Source: Neoechinorhynchus agilis (taxonomy: Eukaryota; Animalia; Acanthocephala). Taken from it: DNA of 64,000 bases. A program made the position numbers and the translations under genes. The notes beneath the pieces are model-generated. The model had not been told where the DNA came from. It ran no database searches and saw nothing but the letters and a program-made list of their open reading frames with translations. Below, in pieces: positions 39,440-51,633 of the stretch. Position 1 is the first letter of the stretch. Every line of letters begins with the position of its first letter. The stretch is taken from contig CM121343.1 in assembly GCA_051530055.1 (NCBI GenBank), forward strand, positions 5,550,389 through 5,614,388. The letters run 5' to 3'.

Positions 39440-39620
39440 GCGTTGAGATGACTGTGGGACTTGGGGAAACGAATCAGCGTGACGACTGGAGAGCCAAGAT
39501 CGACGTCGTTCTTGGCGCAAAAAATAAGCATTGCAGGGCAATGCGGCTAGCATTTTGGCCAGCGCCGATGAATAGGAGCGTTGAAGAAACTATAAATTAT
39601 GTATGCTTGCTATTAAAAAA
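39440..39620 (+). mobile_element. CRE-clade retrotransposon 3' end
   Basis: LGKRISVTTGEPRSTSFLAQKISIAG; reverse-complement homologue of 21180-21350. Confidence 0.75.
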
Positions 39621-39645
39621 ACGTAAAACTTTGCAAATCATTATC

Positions 39646-39800
39646 AAAAATTATGTAAATTTATTGAATCGATATTTGGGCTCAATCCAGAGCCTTTATT
39701 AAGATTGTTGGTAAGTTTTTATAAGTTTTTACATACCAACAATCTTAATAGAGGCCCTGGATCGAGCTCAAATATCGATTCAATAAATTTACATAATTTT
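39646..39800. repeat. Foldback hairpin, 68 bp arms; solo arm at ~44145-44207
   Basis: AAAAATTATGTAAATTTATTGAATCG..TTGTTGGTA / TACCAACAA..CGATTCAATAAATTTACATAATTTTT with 4 mismatches. Confidence 0.88.
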
Positions 39801-39879
39801 TGTCGCCACTGAGCAATAATCATGAGCAGTTTCTCCATGCACGGCCGAATGGACACGCAGTCCACGGACTTCGGTCTGG

Positions 39880-40800
39880 GAAGCGCTGGTCTGCGCTCAA
39901 TGCCCCAAGGCCGTACTGAATACGAGTTTATACGCATCCCTCCGGATTCTCAGATGCCGCCAAGAGGCGGGACTCATCGGTGAGTTTCCTTCCTTCAGCG
40001 GTATTTCGTCTCTTTGGTTGTGCGTCATTGGCGGTAACGGATTCAAACCCGTTGGCCCTAACTGGGATCTGGGGCATAAGTCCACTTGACCACCTCAACA
40101 CTACAGAATCTACAAACTTCGCTAATTTAGCCTTGTTAAATTTTCCGATTTTTTAGCATTCTAATGTGTGGCTCAGCCGGTAATCTATTGATAGATATTT
40201 ACCAGGCTAAAGTGGCGAAGCTTGTACATTCCATAGATGTGCCGAGGAGGTCAAGTGGACTTGAGCCCAATCCACAATCGCCGATGACTCACAACCAAAG
40301 GGAACGAGAAAGCTCGTTGAAGGGAAGAGGGGGAAGCTCACTGAGGAGTGATGAATGGGAGACGCATTGATCGAAAAAGTTATATTGATTCAGTTATAAA
40401 GTTGCGTAACTAGAATATTTTGGTGATGTTAAACTTAAAGCGTATAACATTGCCATGTGGCATACAGTCAAACAGATCTCTCATCAGAGAATCGATTGAA
40501 TCATTTCGATTCTAATGCGAATTCGGTATACGAGTTTGTACGCATTCCTCCGGATCCTCAGATATTTTCCGAGGAGGTTGGACTCATCAGTGAGCTTCCT
40601 CCTCTTCCCTTCAACCAGCTTTTTAGTTCCCTTTGGTTGTGAGTCATCGGCGGTAACGGATTGGAACCCGTTGATCCAACCAACTGGAATCAGGGATCAT
40701 TAGCTAACCTAACCACCACGGCACACCGATGATTCACCCCTGTTGAAAGGAAGAGGATGAAACTCTATGATGAGTCCCGCCTCCGATAAAAAAATATCCT
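39880..40800. repeat. Cluster of tRNA-derived SINE-like copies in both orientations
   Basis: The minus copy 39880-40100 has head GAGGTGGTCAAGTGGACTTATGCCCCAGA..AACGGGTTTGAATCCGTTACCGCCA. A plus copy lies at 40215-40350 and a minus copy at 40457-40720. Confidence 0.75.
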
Positions 40801-40872
40801 CAAGTTTTACTGTTTGGTTTTGAAATTTACATTTCCTTAAATTTATCCAAGGTTGCTTTCGATTGGTTTTCG

Positions 40873-40989
40873 ATTTTTATTAATGGCGAATTTTTACCTC
40901 CTCGAGAGTAGAGAAATTTATTTTGAATTTTCGAGGCTTTAGCCTCCTCATCAGACATTGTTGGGTAAAAATTCGCCATTAATAAAAAT
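40873..40989 (-). mobile_element. 117 bp mini-element, perfect 26 bp TIRs, hammerhead-like core inside
   Basis: TIR ATTTTTATTAATGGCGAATTTTTACC. The minus strand core is CTGATGA-G-GAGGC-TAAA-GCCTC-GAA-AATT-C. Confidence 0.8.
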
Positions 40990-41597
40990 TTCTTTAAATT
41001 TTGAACATGTTTTCATTTTGACTGTTTGCAAGCGTATATGCGCGAGTGCCTTTGTGGCATTGTTTTCGGTTGAAATTAATTGTTATAAAGACTGAACTCT
41101 TGAACGTTGTAATCAATAAAAGCACAGTCCCCAGCGTTGCTGAATTGTTTGTTGATTTTCGTGATCGCTTATGAAAGAGTTCATCATGGACGAATCCGTA
41201 AATGTTTTAAGATAAGTTACTAGAGAAGATAGTTCGTAGCGACGAGAAAAGGAAGAAGAGAAATGTATTTAAGGTGAAAATTTAGTAGAATTCTGTGAAG
41301 TAGGACGATGAAAGTGGAACTGAGAAGCGTAGGAGGTTTTTGCTGCTGCACGGATTCTCAAGGGTACTGCGGGCGGTACAGCTCAGAGGAACATTGTTCA
41401 TTGCAGTTATATTTTTTTACTTTTCGTTTAAAAAAACAAAGACAATCATATTTATAATGGCATCCTGAATGTTGGTAGATAAAAACGTACAATTTCTCAC
41501 ACAATTCATTTGCGATTAAAAGAAAGAAAATTCGTGTGTTTATTTCGCTCGATGCTGTGCGTTTAAGACCAAGATTTGCTTGTAGGTGCACTGCGTC

Positions 41598-43761
41598 TCA
41601 ATCAGTCAGCAAATTTACCTTTTGTTCGAGCTCAATGCATTGATTTACGAGGGCCTTAAACTCGTTTTGACATTTTTCGATTCCTTCTACCATATCAAAT
41701 ACCCATTTTCCGAGTGTTAAATTGTTTTCGGATCTAGCTTCGTCGATTTGATCTATGACATCTTCGCTGAGTGCCTTCACACCTTCTATCTTGGGAATTA
41801 TGCCAGAAATTTGGCTAACTGTGGTGTACATTTTGATCTGCATATCCAAAAATCCCTTTAGCTGACGAGCGGTTTGTGTTTTCTTGCGAATATCAACTTT
41901 TGTGATCTTCAGAAACTCATTCATGTCGATTTCCGTTTTATATATGCTCTCAAGATGTTCGACATTGCCCATTTTGAGCTTCAGACTTTCGATTTCTGCT
42001 TGAATTCGTCTTTCAGCTTCACGAAATATTTTGTCCAGTTCAAAGCCATCATCAGAGCTCCGAATTTCGTCACCCCGCGGGAATTTCTCCAAAAGATCCT
42101 TTTGGACAGTCGAAATATTATCTATTGGATGCCCGGTGACCAATTTATCAAAATATTTCTTACAGTTTCCGTTTTCTGTGGTGCGAGCATTATTAGGGAT
42201 CCTCAAGACGTTAACGGCATTATTTTCCTCTGAGGTGACCGATATTCGCAAATCCTTATTGTGTTCGAGGAAAACAAGTTTTGAGGGATCAGAAAACCTG
42301 TTTAAACAAGAGATATCAATATTATGTTTAGAACAGCTACACGTACCCACAGAATGTCACAAAAGTAAGTGTAGATCGATTAATTTTCGGAATTAGTGAA
42401 GATGGTGCTAAAGAGTGAATCCAATCCGCCGTGATTTTGCATATTCGTCCACTCTGATCGCACAGATAGTATCCAAGACATTCGGTGCCGGCTGAAACTT
42501 TGAAGACGATGAGGATAGGTATGCAGTTGGGTTTTAATTACATTTATAAAGTCCCTTAATTCTGTCCCGATACGTGATCGTCTCCAGTGTTTTTAAATCA
42601 AGTGTTTGTGATTCACAGTCGCTTGGAAATGTCACCATAAAGTGCATGATTTTAGTCACGGTTCGTTGGCATGAAAATGCGATTGCTATAATTGTCGGTG
42701 CCGAACTAATCACGCAGATAGCCGTTGGAAATCGGAAAATATTTCGATTGGTACTGATGTATTTATATTCGATCGGGAATCTGAACTAAGAAAAAATTAA
42801 ACGGATGAAAATAATAATCTGGCGTCACCGTTCAAAGTCATGACTGACTAGTTCGCAATGTATGGATCCGTTGTTCTTTATAGCATATATCGGAATGTAT
42901 TTTCCTTGCTTTCTAATCGATATTAGTTCATCCGAGTGATCGAAATCGACAATACGGTTAACTAATATTCAACGATCATCAAGCAAGAAATATGTAGAAA
43001 TAGCCTAACAAAGTGATGTACAATTCCTCGATGGCAGATCACTGGGTGCCGTACTTTCCAAAGATATATTGTATCTTAATTTAAGTGCATTGTCAAAGAT
43101 TCTACAAAAAAACTCTATGAACGCTTCGAGAACATAGAAAACTTACGCCAAAACTTTGTTCTTATAAAGGGCCACAAACGCCTTTGAACCGTCAACTCGG
43201 CGAAACAACCAATCCAATTTGGAAACACATTGGCCCTTATTAGTTCCATTTGAAACGATCGTTGATCTAAAATCAGAAACAGATTAAAATTCTGCATAAA
43301 AGATATAAGACCTGATAATTGGAGGTTTTGATAAGTTGGAATTATCCAATTCAGCGAAGAAAATTTCATCACTGTCGTTACTTTTGTCGAAACAGACAAT
43401 GAGAAGCCATGAGTGAAAAGGGTGAGCAGTTAAACTTCTCAATGTGAAATCTTCCTTGAACGGAGGTTGTATTGAACAACAGTACTGAATTTCGTTTGAG
43501 CCAATTAAGCGCTCTACTTTAATTTTTTGGCACTCATGTGACCAAGTGAAAATATAATCAATATTGGCAGTTGCAAGGAAAGTCTTCGTTGTTACACCCA
43601 TATCTAAAAAAGAAGTTTAGGGCAGTAAATTATGCATTTTTCAGTCTATATCGAATTCGGTTTATGTTTTCCGGAGATCTCGGATAACCTGGGAGTGAAA
43701 CGGACTGACAACATTGAAGCGAGAAATAACCCAAAAGCTGAACATTATTGGTCACACTCAT
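41598..43761 (-). CDS. NUP88: Nup88-like nucleoporin, copy 1 (mirror of copy 2)
   Basis: All mirrored ORF translations are identical to the + strand copy; see copy 2 for the exon assembly. Confidence 0.6.
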
Positions 43762-44499
43762 AGCGATCATTATAGGAAATCGCAATAATCGACATGGCCG
43801 ACCAAGAAGAGCGAATTAAACAATGAATTCTATTGATTTGAACGACAATTTTTAACAAGAATATCAATCATTCTTAAGCTGAACACATCCAAGAAGCGAT
43901 TGATCGCATAAAAAAATGATCAGAATAATTAGTCGACAAGTAAATGAGTTATTCGGCTCAATCGGCACTATTATGATTTTTGAACAAATATATAAAGATA
44001 CTTTATCACTACCAATGAGTAGTATATGGAACAATCAATAAATCGTCACGAGTGACGTCACTCGCGCCTTCTTCCGGTGAGCATTACAGCGTGATAATAA
44101 TTTGAAAAATGAAACTGCTCATGATTATTGTGTAGGGGCAACAAAAATTATGTAAATTTATTGAATTCATATTTTGGCTCGATCTAGAGCCTTTATAAAG
44201 ACTGTTGGGCGGATGCAGCGTCCCCCCCCCGTTGCACAGCCAGGCTTATGTTTTGTAGGAGGAATGCCCCTCCCCTTGGATCGTAAGTCCAGGTCTTAGG
44301 TCACCGTACCAAAAAACCCGGGTGTCTCGACCATAAATGGGACGAAATAGTGATTTCGACCGAGGTCTCTGTATTTGATCTCCTTGAGATTCTCTGCGGA
44401 AACTTCTGTTACCCCGGTTTAATAGCGGCGAATTTTATTTTGCTTGCTGCAAGGACTAAGAATTACATGCACTTCGACGTTTCGTAGGTACCTTCAACC

Positions 44500-44720
44500 T
44501 GATTGCGGCGTCCCGACGGCTCCATGGTCGCACCGCAACGGCAGCGATGGGATGTGCACATCGATACCCCAAGTCTCAGCGACATTGCAATCCTTACTGC
44601 CTTGTTGAAGAGTACCCACAGAAGCGATTGGGATAGCGTTTAGCCAAGCATTCTAATCGAATTCGGTTCACCAGGTCACAAGAATTTGCTCGCTACAAAA
44701 GGTTAGCCTCAAGCTGATTG
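44500..44720 (-). mobile_element. CRE-clade retrotransposon fragment
   Basis: NAWLNAIPIASVGTL / VRIAMSLRLGVSMCTSHRCRCGATMEPSG. Confidence 0.75.
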
Positions 44721-44829
44721 TTTGCGACCATTGACGAGTAGCTGCTCGCTACCGAAATCTTCACATCATAAATTAAGAACCTCCGCAAAATCTTCATCCT
44801 CTCTCAACATCAATCTCTCTCATCGTTTA

Positions 44830-46620
44830 CTCTCTCAACAAATATATGAGCAGCGAAGGGAACTCGGCTAAGTATTCTACTCTTGTTGATGTTGCGCTAA
44901 AGTAGTGCTTTGAACGAGTTACTGATTCTCTAACGGGTTCATTAATTGAAGAGATGAGCACAGTTAAGGATATATTAACGGAGACTATTCGGTGCGAAAA
45001 GTAAGCTTGTAGAAGTGAACAGTCGGTCGAAGTCAAAAAGTGCAAAGGGAATAAATCTAACGGTTCGAAGAGGCAGACAAAGCTTCCAAAGGGGAATTCT
45101 AAGAAACAGGCTAAAGATTTACAGAAATCGGATAGTGAAACGTCCACAAAGAATAATGCGGTTTTGGTAGATTCCATAATTATGGCAAACACAAACGAAG
45201 ATTCGTTGGAAACGATTGGTTTTCAAAAGACTACGAATATTTCGAGAATTATTAGGGACTTGGTACCACCCTTAGAGGATATTCAGCATATAGTATTTAG
45301 TGATTATAAAATTACTGTGGAGAAGCTATGATAAAAGGTAACAACAAGAAAAACGAAAGTGATTCACCTTCAGTAACTACTAAGGAAGTTAGGGTTGAAA
45401 AAAAGGTCGACGAAAACATCTCAACAAGTAGCAACAAGAGCAAAAGAATGATAAAATAACTATAATGATATGAGGTTCACTTGATACCATCACGATAAAT
45501 CAATAATCGTAAACACTTCAGTAATGCCATCATCCCTTGCCGATCTGAACTCGACGACTCGTGTCATGCACTCCTACCTCAAGGATATAAATCGAACCAT
45601 CTTTATCTCTGGTATGCCCAAGCCCCTGTTACAGATCCTGTCGCCGCCGACTCACATAACCCCATCAAATCTTTCGTATCGGTCAACTCCTTTTCCCCGA
45701 CATTCACTCTACAATTCCTCCCCCACATCAACTGTTATGCGCATTGCCTCCAAAAATTCCTTTAACCCGAGATCTTGTCTCCTCAAAGTAACTTTTATCG
45801 GACCACTCGTAGCCTCGCTTACTTAACAGGAGACACGGACTCCTCAATTCGCAATTTTCTTTTCGTATCTATCCACATAAAAACTCATCACAAAATCTTT
45901 CCACTGCCTCTCCAAACTCAACTTATACCTCGTCTTCCCAATTTAATAATTCACTTTTAGCGAACATCATCGACATACGAAACCTCGACAATAGTCTCTC
46001 TCACGTCACCCGTCTCATTCAACTGGATTTATCGAAAGCATTCAACTCCGTGGTCATTCACCCCTATTCCGGCCTGCTCCGATTTTGGTCTCAAATTGTG
46101 GAAGATCCTCTGGCTTACCTTTTACCCTCACCAAAGGCATTTTCCTAACGACCTCAAACATCTCTCCTCTTACTCTATCACTCAATCACCTCCCCCTCTC
46201 CTTAACCTCTAACGAAATCAAAAACATGGAAGATTTCTGCAACAATCACAAACTCTACCTGAATTTCTCCGAAAGCTTCGAAATGATCCCCTCACTTTCC
46301 CGCAACCCCACATCGTACCCAGGAGCTTCAAACCTGAAACAGGACTCGCACCTCGGATATCGTGACCCGAAATGTACATGAGGGAAGACCAAACCGCACA
46401 AGCTTTGCTGAAAACAATATCCACCAATCCCCACCAGAACGGTCATCTCCCGACCGGATATTACCGCTCGAACGGGCATCTCCCGGCCGAATATTCCGAC
46501 CCTAACGGACATCCCCCGACCGGACTTGCCCACCCGAGCGAACTCATAATCCGCTCAAAAATCAACAACCGCGTTTTTATGAGGACCCAAATGTTCATGG
46601 GTCTAATTTCTTCAGTATGA
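44830..46620 (+). mobile_element. CR1-group LINE, internally deleted (ORF1 part joined to RT 3' part and 3' UTR)
   Basis: 44850-45950 matches 5580-6700. 45990-46270 encodes an LDLSKAFNSV-type RT segment. The 3' UTR TTTTTATGAGGACCCAAA also occurs at 61450. Confidence 0.8.
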
Positions 46621-49140
46621 TATCCGAGAAGATTGGGCAACATGGAAAAAGAAGCGTAGGTACAGGGAGGTGCGAGGTTGAGGGAGGATGAAACGAATTA
46701 GGATTACGAGTGTTGTGCTCGTGTGAAAAGGGGCGATATGTGGTAGGAATCGTGATGGTAGGGTTGATGGGCGCTTTGTTTGTTTTAAGAAACTAGTATC
46801 AAGACATTCGGTGAGACGGGGAAGTCAGCTGTGCAAATTTTAGATGCTCTTTTATGAAACATTTCAAGACGACGGATTTGAGATTTGGATAGGTTGCAGA
46901 AGACGGGATAAGCGTAGGTGAGGTAGGGGAAAATACAGCAGAAGTAAAAATTGTAGAGGTCGGGTGAAGGGATTCCTAAATGTCAGAGGCGTTTGAGGAG
47001 ATAAATTGTAAAGATGTTTAGCTTGAGGGAGAGAATGATGTACGAGTCCCATTTCGTGTTTGATTGAAATTGGAGAACCAGAATGCATAGGGAGGTGACT
47101 CGTAAGATGTCATTTAGAAGCTCAGGGGAGGATGTAAGGTTGCGGGAGAATGAGGGGATCAGTTGGAAGCATTTAGAGAACTTCAAGTGGAGTTTGTGAT
47201 TGGTGCAGAAATCTTTTATGTGTGTGATGTTGTCAAAGGTTACGGAGAGGGAGAGGTAATTGGGTGATGAAAGTGAGATCGTCTGCATATTAGAAAAGTT
47301 TAGAGTGAGAGGAGAGAGGTTTGAGGTCGTTTAGGAAAATATTAAAAAGAAGTGGTGACAGCACCTTGAGGTACGCCTTTGGTAAGGGATAGGCTGATAG
47401 AGGAGGTAGAACGACAGTGAATGTATTGTTTGCGATTGTGAATATAAGATTCGAGCCAGCGGATCTGCCACAAGTTGAGACCAAAATCGAAGCATGCCCG
47501 GAGAAGGAATGGTCCACGGAGTGGAATGCTTTCGATAAATCAAGTTTAATGAAACGGGTGACGTGGGAGGGATTATTGTAAAGGTTACGTAGGAGCGTGT
47601 CATAAATGCAAAGTAGGGCATCGGTTGCAGAAAATTTGAGCCGGAAACCGAATTGAATAAGTGCAATTTTTCGATTGAAGATTGGTAGAAGGTGTGCTTT
47701 AAAGCATTTCTCTAAGATTTTAGCGAAGGATGGTAACATATAGATGGGTCGTAAACTTGAGGTGGGTATAAGTTCACCTGCTTTCGGGAGCCGGGTTACC
47801 CGAGCTGTTTTAAGGCAATTAAAGAAGATTCGGGTCTTGAAACTTTGGTTGATTATATGAGTAAGTGGATCAATTAAATTTGGGATGATAAAGCGTAGAG
47901 CCCATTTGGGAATGGGGAAGTAAGGGGATGATTTTCGTGGTAGTTTCGGAAAAAGCACGAGGATATCATACTTGGAAATCATGGGAGGTGAAGCTGTAGA
48001 AGCTGACACCGGTGGTGTAGATCTGGAAGGGGATGATGGTTTTTTGTGTTCGGGTGATAGTCACAAGGTTGTGCATTGATAAAGTTTAGTGTAAAGAGGA
48101 AGCCGGAGTTTGAGAGGTCAGAGAAAAGTTTTTGTCTTTCCATACCTAGGGCGCTTTTCGTGTTTTTCTACCAGAGGTGACTGGGAGAAGAGGTGAGTTT
48201 GTGTGCAAGAAAGGTCTTGCGCGAATTGGGAATGTGATGCACAAGATAGGATTGAAGGCGGGAGAAATCAGGATTGCATGCGTGGTATTCTTTATTCACC
48301 TTTGGAGCATTTTCAAGAAAGGGAACATCCAAAGTGGGTCTCAGCTGGAGAGGCGAATGGTTTTCCCAGGAATCGCTGTAGTCATGCAAAGTAAGAGAAA
48401 GCATAGCCTCCGAGGGATTCGGGTGAAAAATAGATTTTCTGTATGAAGAGAGATTACGTGAGACCAATTTAGTAAATGAGAAAAGGTGTCGATCTCTCAT
48501 ATACCAGACCGTGAAGGGGGATGACTGAGACGTTGAGCACGAGCGGAGGGAGAGAAGATTATTGCTCAATGGTCTGAGGATGAGATAGTTTTTTTAGCAT
48601 CCTTGTATTTGTAGATTTTTATAAAGATTTTATCGAGATGTGAGGAGTGATGGGTAGGAAATTTTACTAACTGGACGAAGACAAGTAGAGATAGTGATGT
48701 AGGAAGATTATTGAAATCACCAAGAATGATTAGATGTTCAAAACCAAGAGGGTGAAGATTTGCTATAATTGCATCAATCTCCTGTGATGCCATTTGTAGA
48801 TCGGCTGAGGAACGACGATAGATACCGATAATGGTTAAATTTCGCCGTATTTTGAGTGAGTGACAATATTTGATTCGGGCAACGTACAGTGAGGATTTTC
48901 GGAAGTGTCAAAAATTTACATGTGAGTTCTGAGATCAGGTTTTGGCTCGTAATATGTTATTGGAGGGGGAAAGACGATGGTTATGCATGGGCTAATGATG
49001 GATGGAGTTCACACTTTGAAGTGAGCTGTCTAGGTATATTCGGTATGGTAGGGAGGAATTGACAAGAAGCACTAAGAAAGGAAGACGCCGTGTTTGGTAA
49101 ATCGAAAGTGATTTTCACTTGACGAGGACGGGAGTTGAGA
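46615..49140 (-). mobile_element. CR1-group LINE ORF2 (APE and RT), decayed
   Basis: APE motifs LIILGDFN..PT..LD..SDH (48566-48793). RT motifs LRPIYMLPSFAKILEK, QFGFR and LDLSKAFHSVDH (47290-48009). Confidence 0.92.
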
Positions 49141-49166
49141 CGCAGAATGCTCACCGGAAGAAGGCG

Positions 49167-49182
49167 CGAGTGACGTCACTCG
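49167..49182. promoter_or_regulatory. 16 bp perfect palindrome containing a CRE/ATF site (TGACGTCA) next to an ETS-like CCGGAA, upstream of the Nup88-like gene; mirror at 44049-44064
   Basis: CGAGTGACGTCACTCG lies ~290 bp upstream of the inferred ATG. Function is inferred from motif and position only. Confidence 0.4.
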
Positions 49183-49469
49183 TGACGATTTATTGATTGT
49201 TCCATATACTACTCATTGGTAGTGATAAAGTATCTTTATATATTTGTTCAAAAATCATAATAGTGCCGATTGAGCCGAATAACTCATTTACTTGTCGACT
49301 AATTATTCTGATCATTTTTTTATGCGATCAATCGCTTCTTGGATGTGTTCAGCTTAAGAATGATTGATATTCTTGTTAAAAATTGTCGTTCAAATCAATA
49401 GAATTCATTGTTTAATTCGCTCTTCTTGGTCGGCCATGTCGATTATTGCGATTTCCTATAATGATCGCT

Positions 49470-51633
49470 ATGAGTGTGACCAATAATGTTCAGCTTTTGG
49501 GTTATTTCTCGCTTCAATGTTGTCAGTCCGTTTCACTCCCAGGTTATCCGAGATCTCCGGAAAACATAAACCGAATTCGATATAGACTGAAAAATGCATA
49601 ATTTACTGCCCTAAACTTCTTTTTTAGATATGGGTGTAACAACGAAGACTTTCCTTGCAACTGCCAATATTGATTATATTTTCACTTGGTCACATGAGTG
49701 CCAAAAAATTAAAGTAGAGCGCTTAATTGGCTCAAACGAAATTCAGTACTGTTGTTCAATACAACCTCCGTTCAAGGAAGATTTCACATTGAGAAGTTTA
49801 ACTGCTCACCCTTTTCACTCATGGCTTCTCATTGTCTGTTTCGACAAAAGTAACGACAGTGATGAAATTTTCTTCGCTGAATTGGATAATTCCAACTTAT
49901 CAAAACCTCCAATTATCAGGTCTTATATCTTTTATGCAGAATTTTAATCTGTTTCTGATTTTAGATCAACGATCGTTTCAAATGGAACTAATAAGGGCCA
50001 ATGTGTTTCCAAATTGGATTGGTTGTTTCGCCGAGTTGACGGTTCAAAGGCGTTTGTGGCCCTTTATAAGAACAAAGTTTTGGCGTAAGTTTTCTATGTT
50101 CTCGAAGCGTTCATAGAGTTTTTTTGTAGAATCTTTGACAATGCACTTAAATTAAGATACAATATATCTTTGGAAAGTACGGCACCCAGTGATCTGCCAT
50201 CGAGGAATTGTACATCACTTTGTTAGGCTATTTCTACATATTTCTTGCTTGATGATCGTTGAATATTAGTTAACCGTATTGTCGATTTCGATCACTCGGA
50301 TGAACTAATATCGATTAGAAAGCAAGGAAAATACATTCCGATATATGCTATAAAGAACAACGGATCCATACATTGCGAACTAGTCAGTCATGACTTTGAA
50401 CGGTGACGCCAGATTATTATTTTCATCCGTTTAATTTTTTCTTAGTTCAGATTCCCGATCGAATATAAATACATCAGTACCAATCGAAATATTTTCCGAT
50501 TTCCAACGGCTATCTGCGTGATTAGTTCGGCACCGACAATTATAGCAATCGCATTTTCATGCCAACGAACCGTGACTAAAATCATGCACTTTATGGTGAC
50601 ATTTCCAAGCGACTGTGAATCACAAACACTTGATTTAAAAACACTGGAGACGATCACGTATCGGGACAGAATTAAGGGACTTTATAAATGTAATTAAAAC
50701 CCAACTGCATACCTATCCTCATCGTCTTCAAAGTTTCAGCCGGCACCGAATGTCTTGGATACTATCTGTGCGATCAGAGTGGACGAATATGCAAAATCAC
50801 GGCGGATTGGATTCACTCTTTAGCACCATCTTCACTAATTCCGAAAATTAATCGATCTACACTTACTTTTGTGACATTCTGTGGGTACGTGTAGCTGTTC
50901 TAAACATAATATTGATATCTCTTGTTTAAACAGGTTTTCTGATCCCTCAAAACTTGTTTTCCTCGAACACAATAAGGATTTGCGAATATCGGTCACCTCA
51001 GAGGAAAATAATGCCGTTAACGTCTTGAGGATCCCTAATAATGCTCGCACCACAGAAAACGGAAACTGTAAGAAATATTTTGATAAATTGGTCACCGGGC
51101 ATCCAATAGATAATATTTCGACTGTCCAAAAGGATCTTTTGGAGAAATTCCCGCGGGGTGACGAAATTCGGAGCTCTGATGATGGCTTTGAACTGGACAA
51201 AATATTTCGTGAAGCTGAAAGACGAATTCAAGCAGAAATCGAAAGTCTGAAGCTCAAAATGGGCAATGTCGAACATCTTGAGAGCATATATAAAACGGAA
51301 ATCGACATGAATGAGTTTCTGAAGATCACAAAAGTTGATATTCGCAAGAAAACACAAACCGCTCGTCAGCTAAAGGGATTTTTGGATATGCAGATCAAAA
51401 TGTACACCACAGTTAGCCAAATTTCTGGCATAATTCCCAAGATAGAAGGTGTGAAGGCACTCAGCGAAGATGTCATAGATCAAATCGACGAAGCTAGATC
51501 CGAAAACAATTTAACACTCGGAAAATGGGTATTTGATATGGTAGAAGGAATCGAAAAATGTCAAAACGAGTTTAAGGCCCTCGTAAATCAATGCATTGAG
51601 CTCGAACAAAAGGTAAATTTGCTGACTGATTGA
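49470..51633 (+). CDS. NUP88: Nup88-like nucleoporin (beta-propeller plus C-terminal coiled coil), copy 2, ~7 short GT-AG introns
   Basis: Phase-consistent introns (e.g. 49543-49627, 49920-49964, 50886-50933) assemble IVDFDH..IPIYAIKNNG..TAICVISSAPTIIAIA..YYLCDQSGRICKITADWIHSL. These occur in the same order as the recalled Nup88 motifs [52 protein letters not shown], followed by a coiled coil. Confidence 0.62.

Larger units (their letters stand above)
40457..44085. repeat. Left arm of a large inverted duplication (mirror of 49146-52776)
   Basis: Mirrored ORFs give a constant coordinate sum of 93231 (e.g. 41598+51633, 42350+50881), and 93233 beyond a 2 bp indel. Confidence 0.97.

Noticed and set aside
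40040-40100. Functional tRNA gene
   Set aside because: A/B boxes and a T-arm are present, but the acceptor and anticodon arms do not pair and the sequence continues into a repeated body, so it is a SINE head.
50881-50935. GTG start giving an N-myristoylation-like MGTCSCS terminus
   Set aside because: This segment is mostly intron 50886-50933 of the Nup88-like gene.
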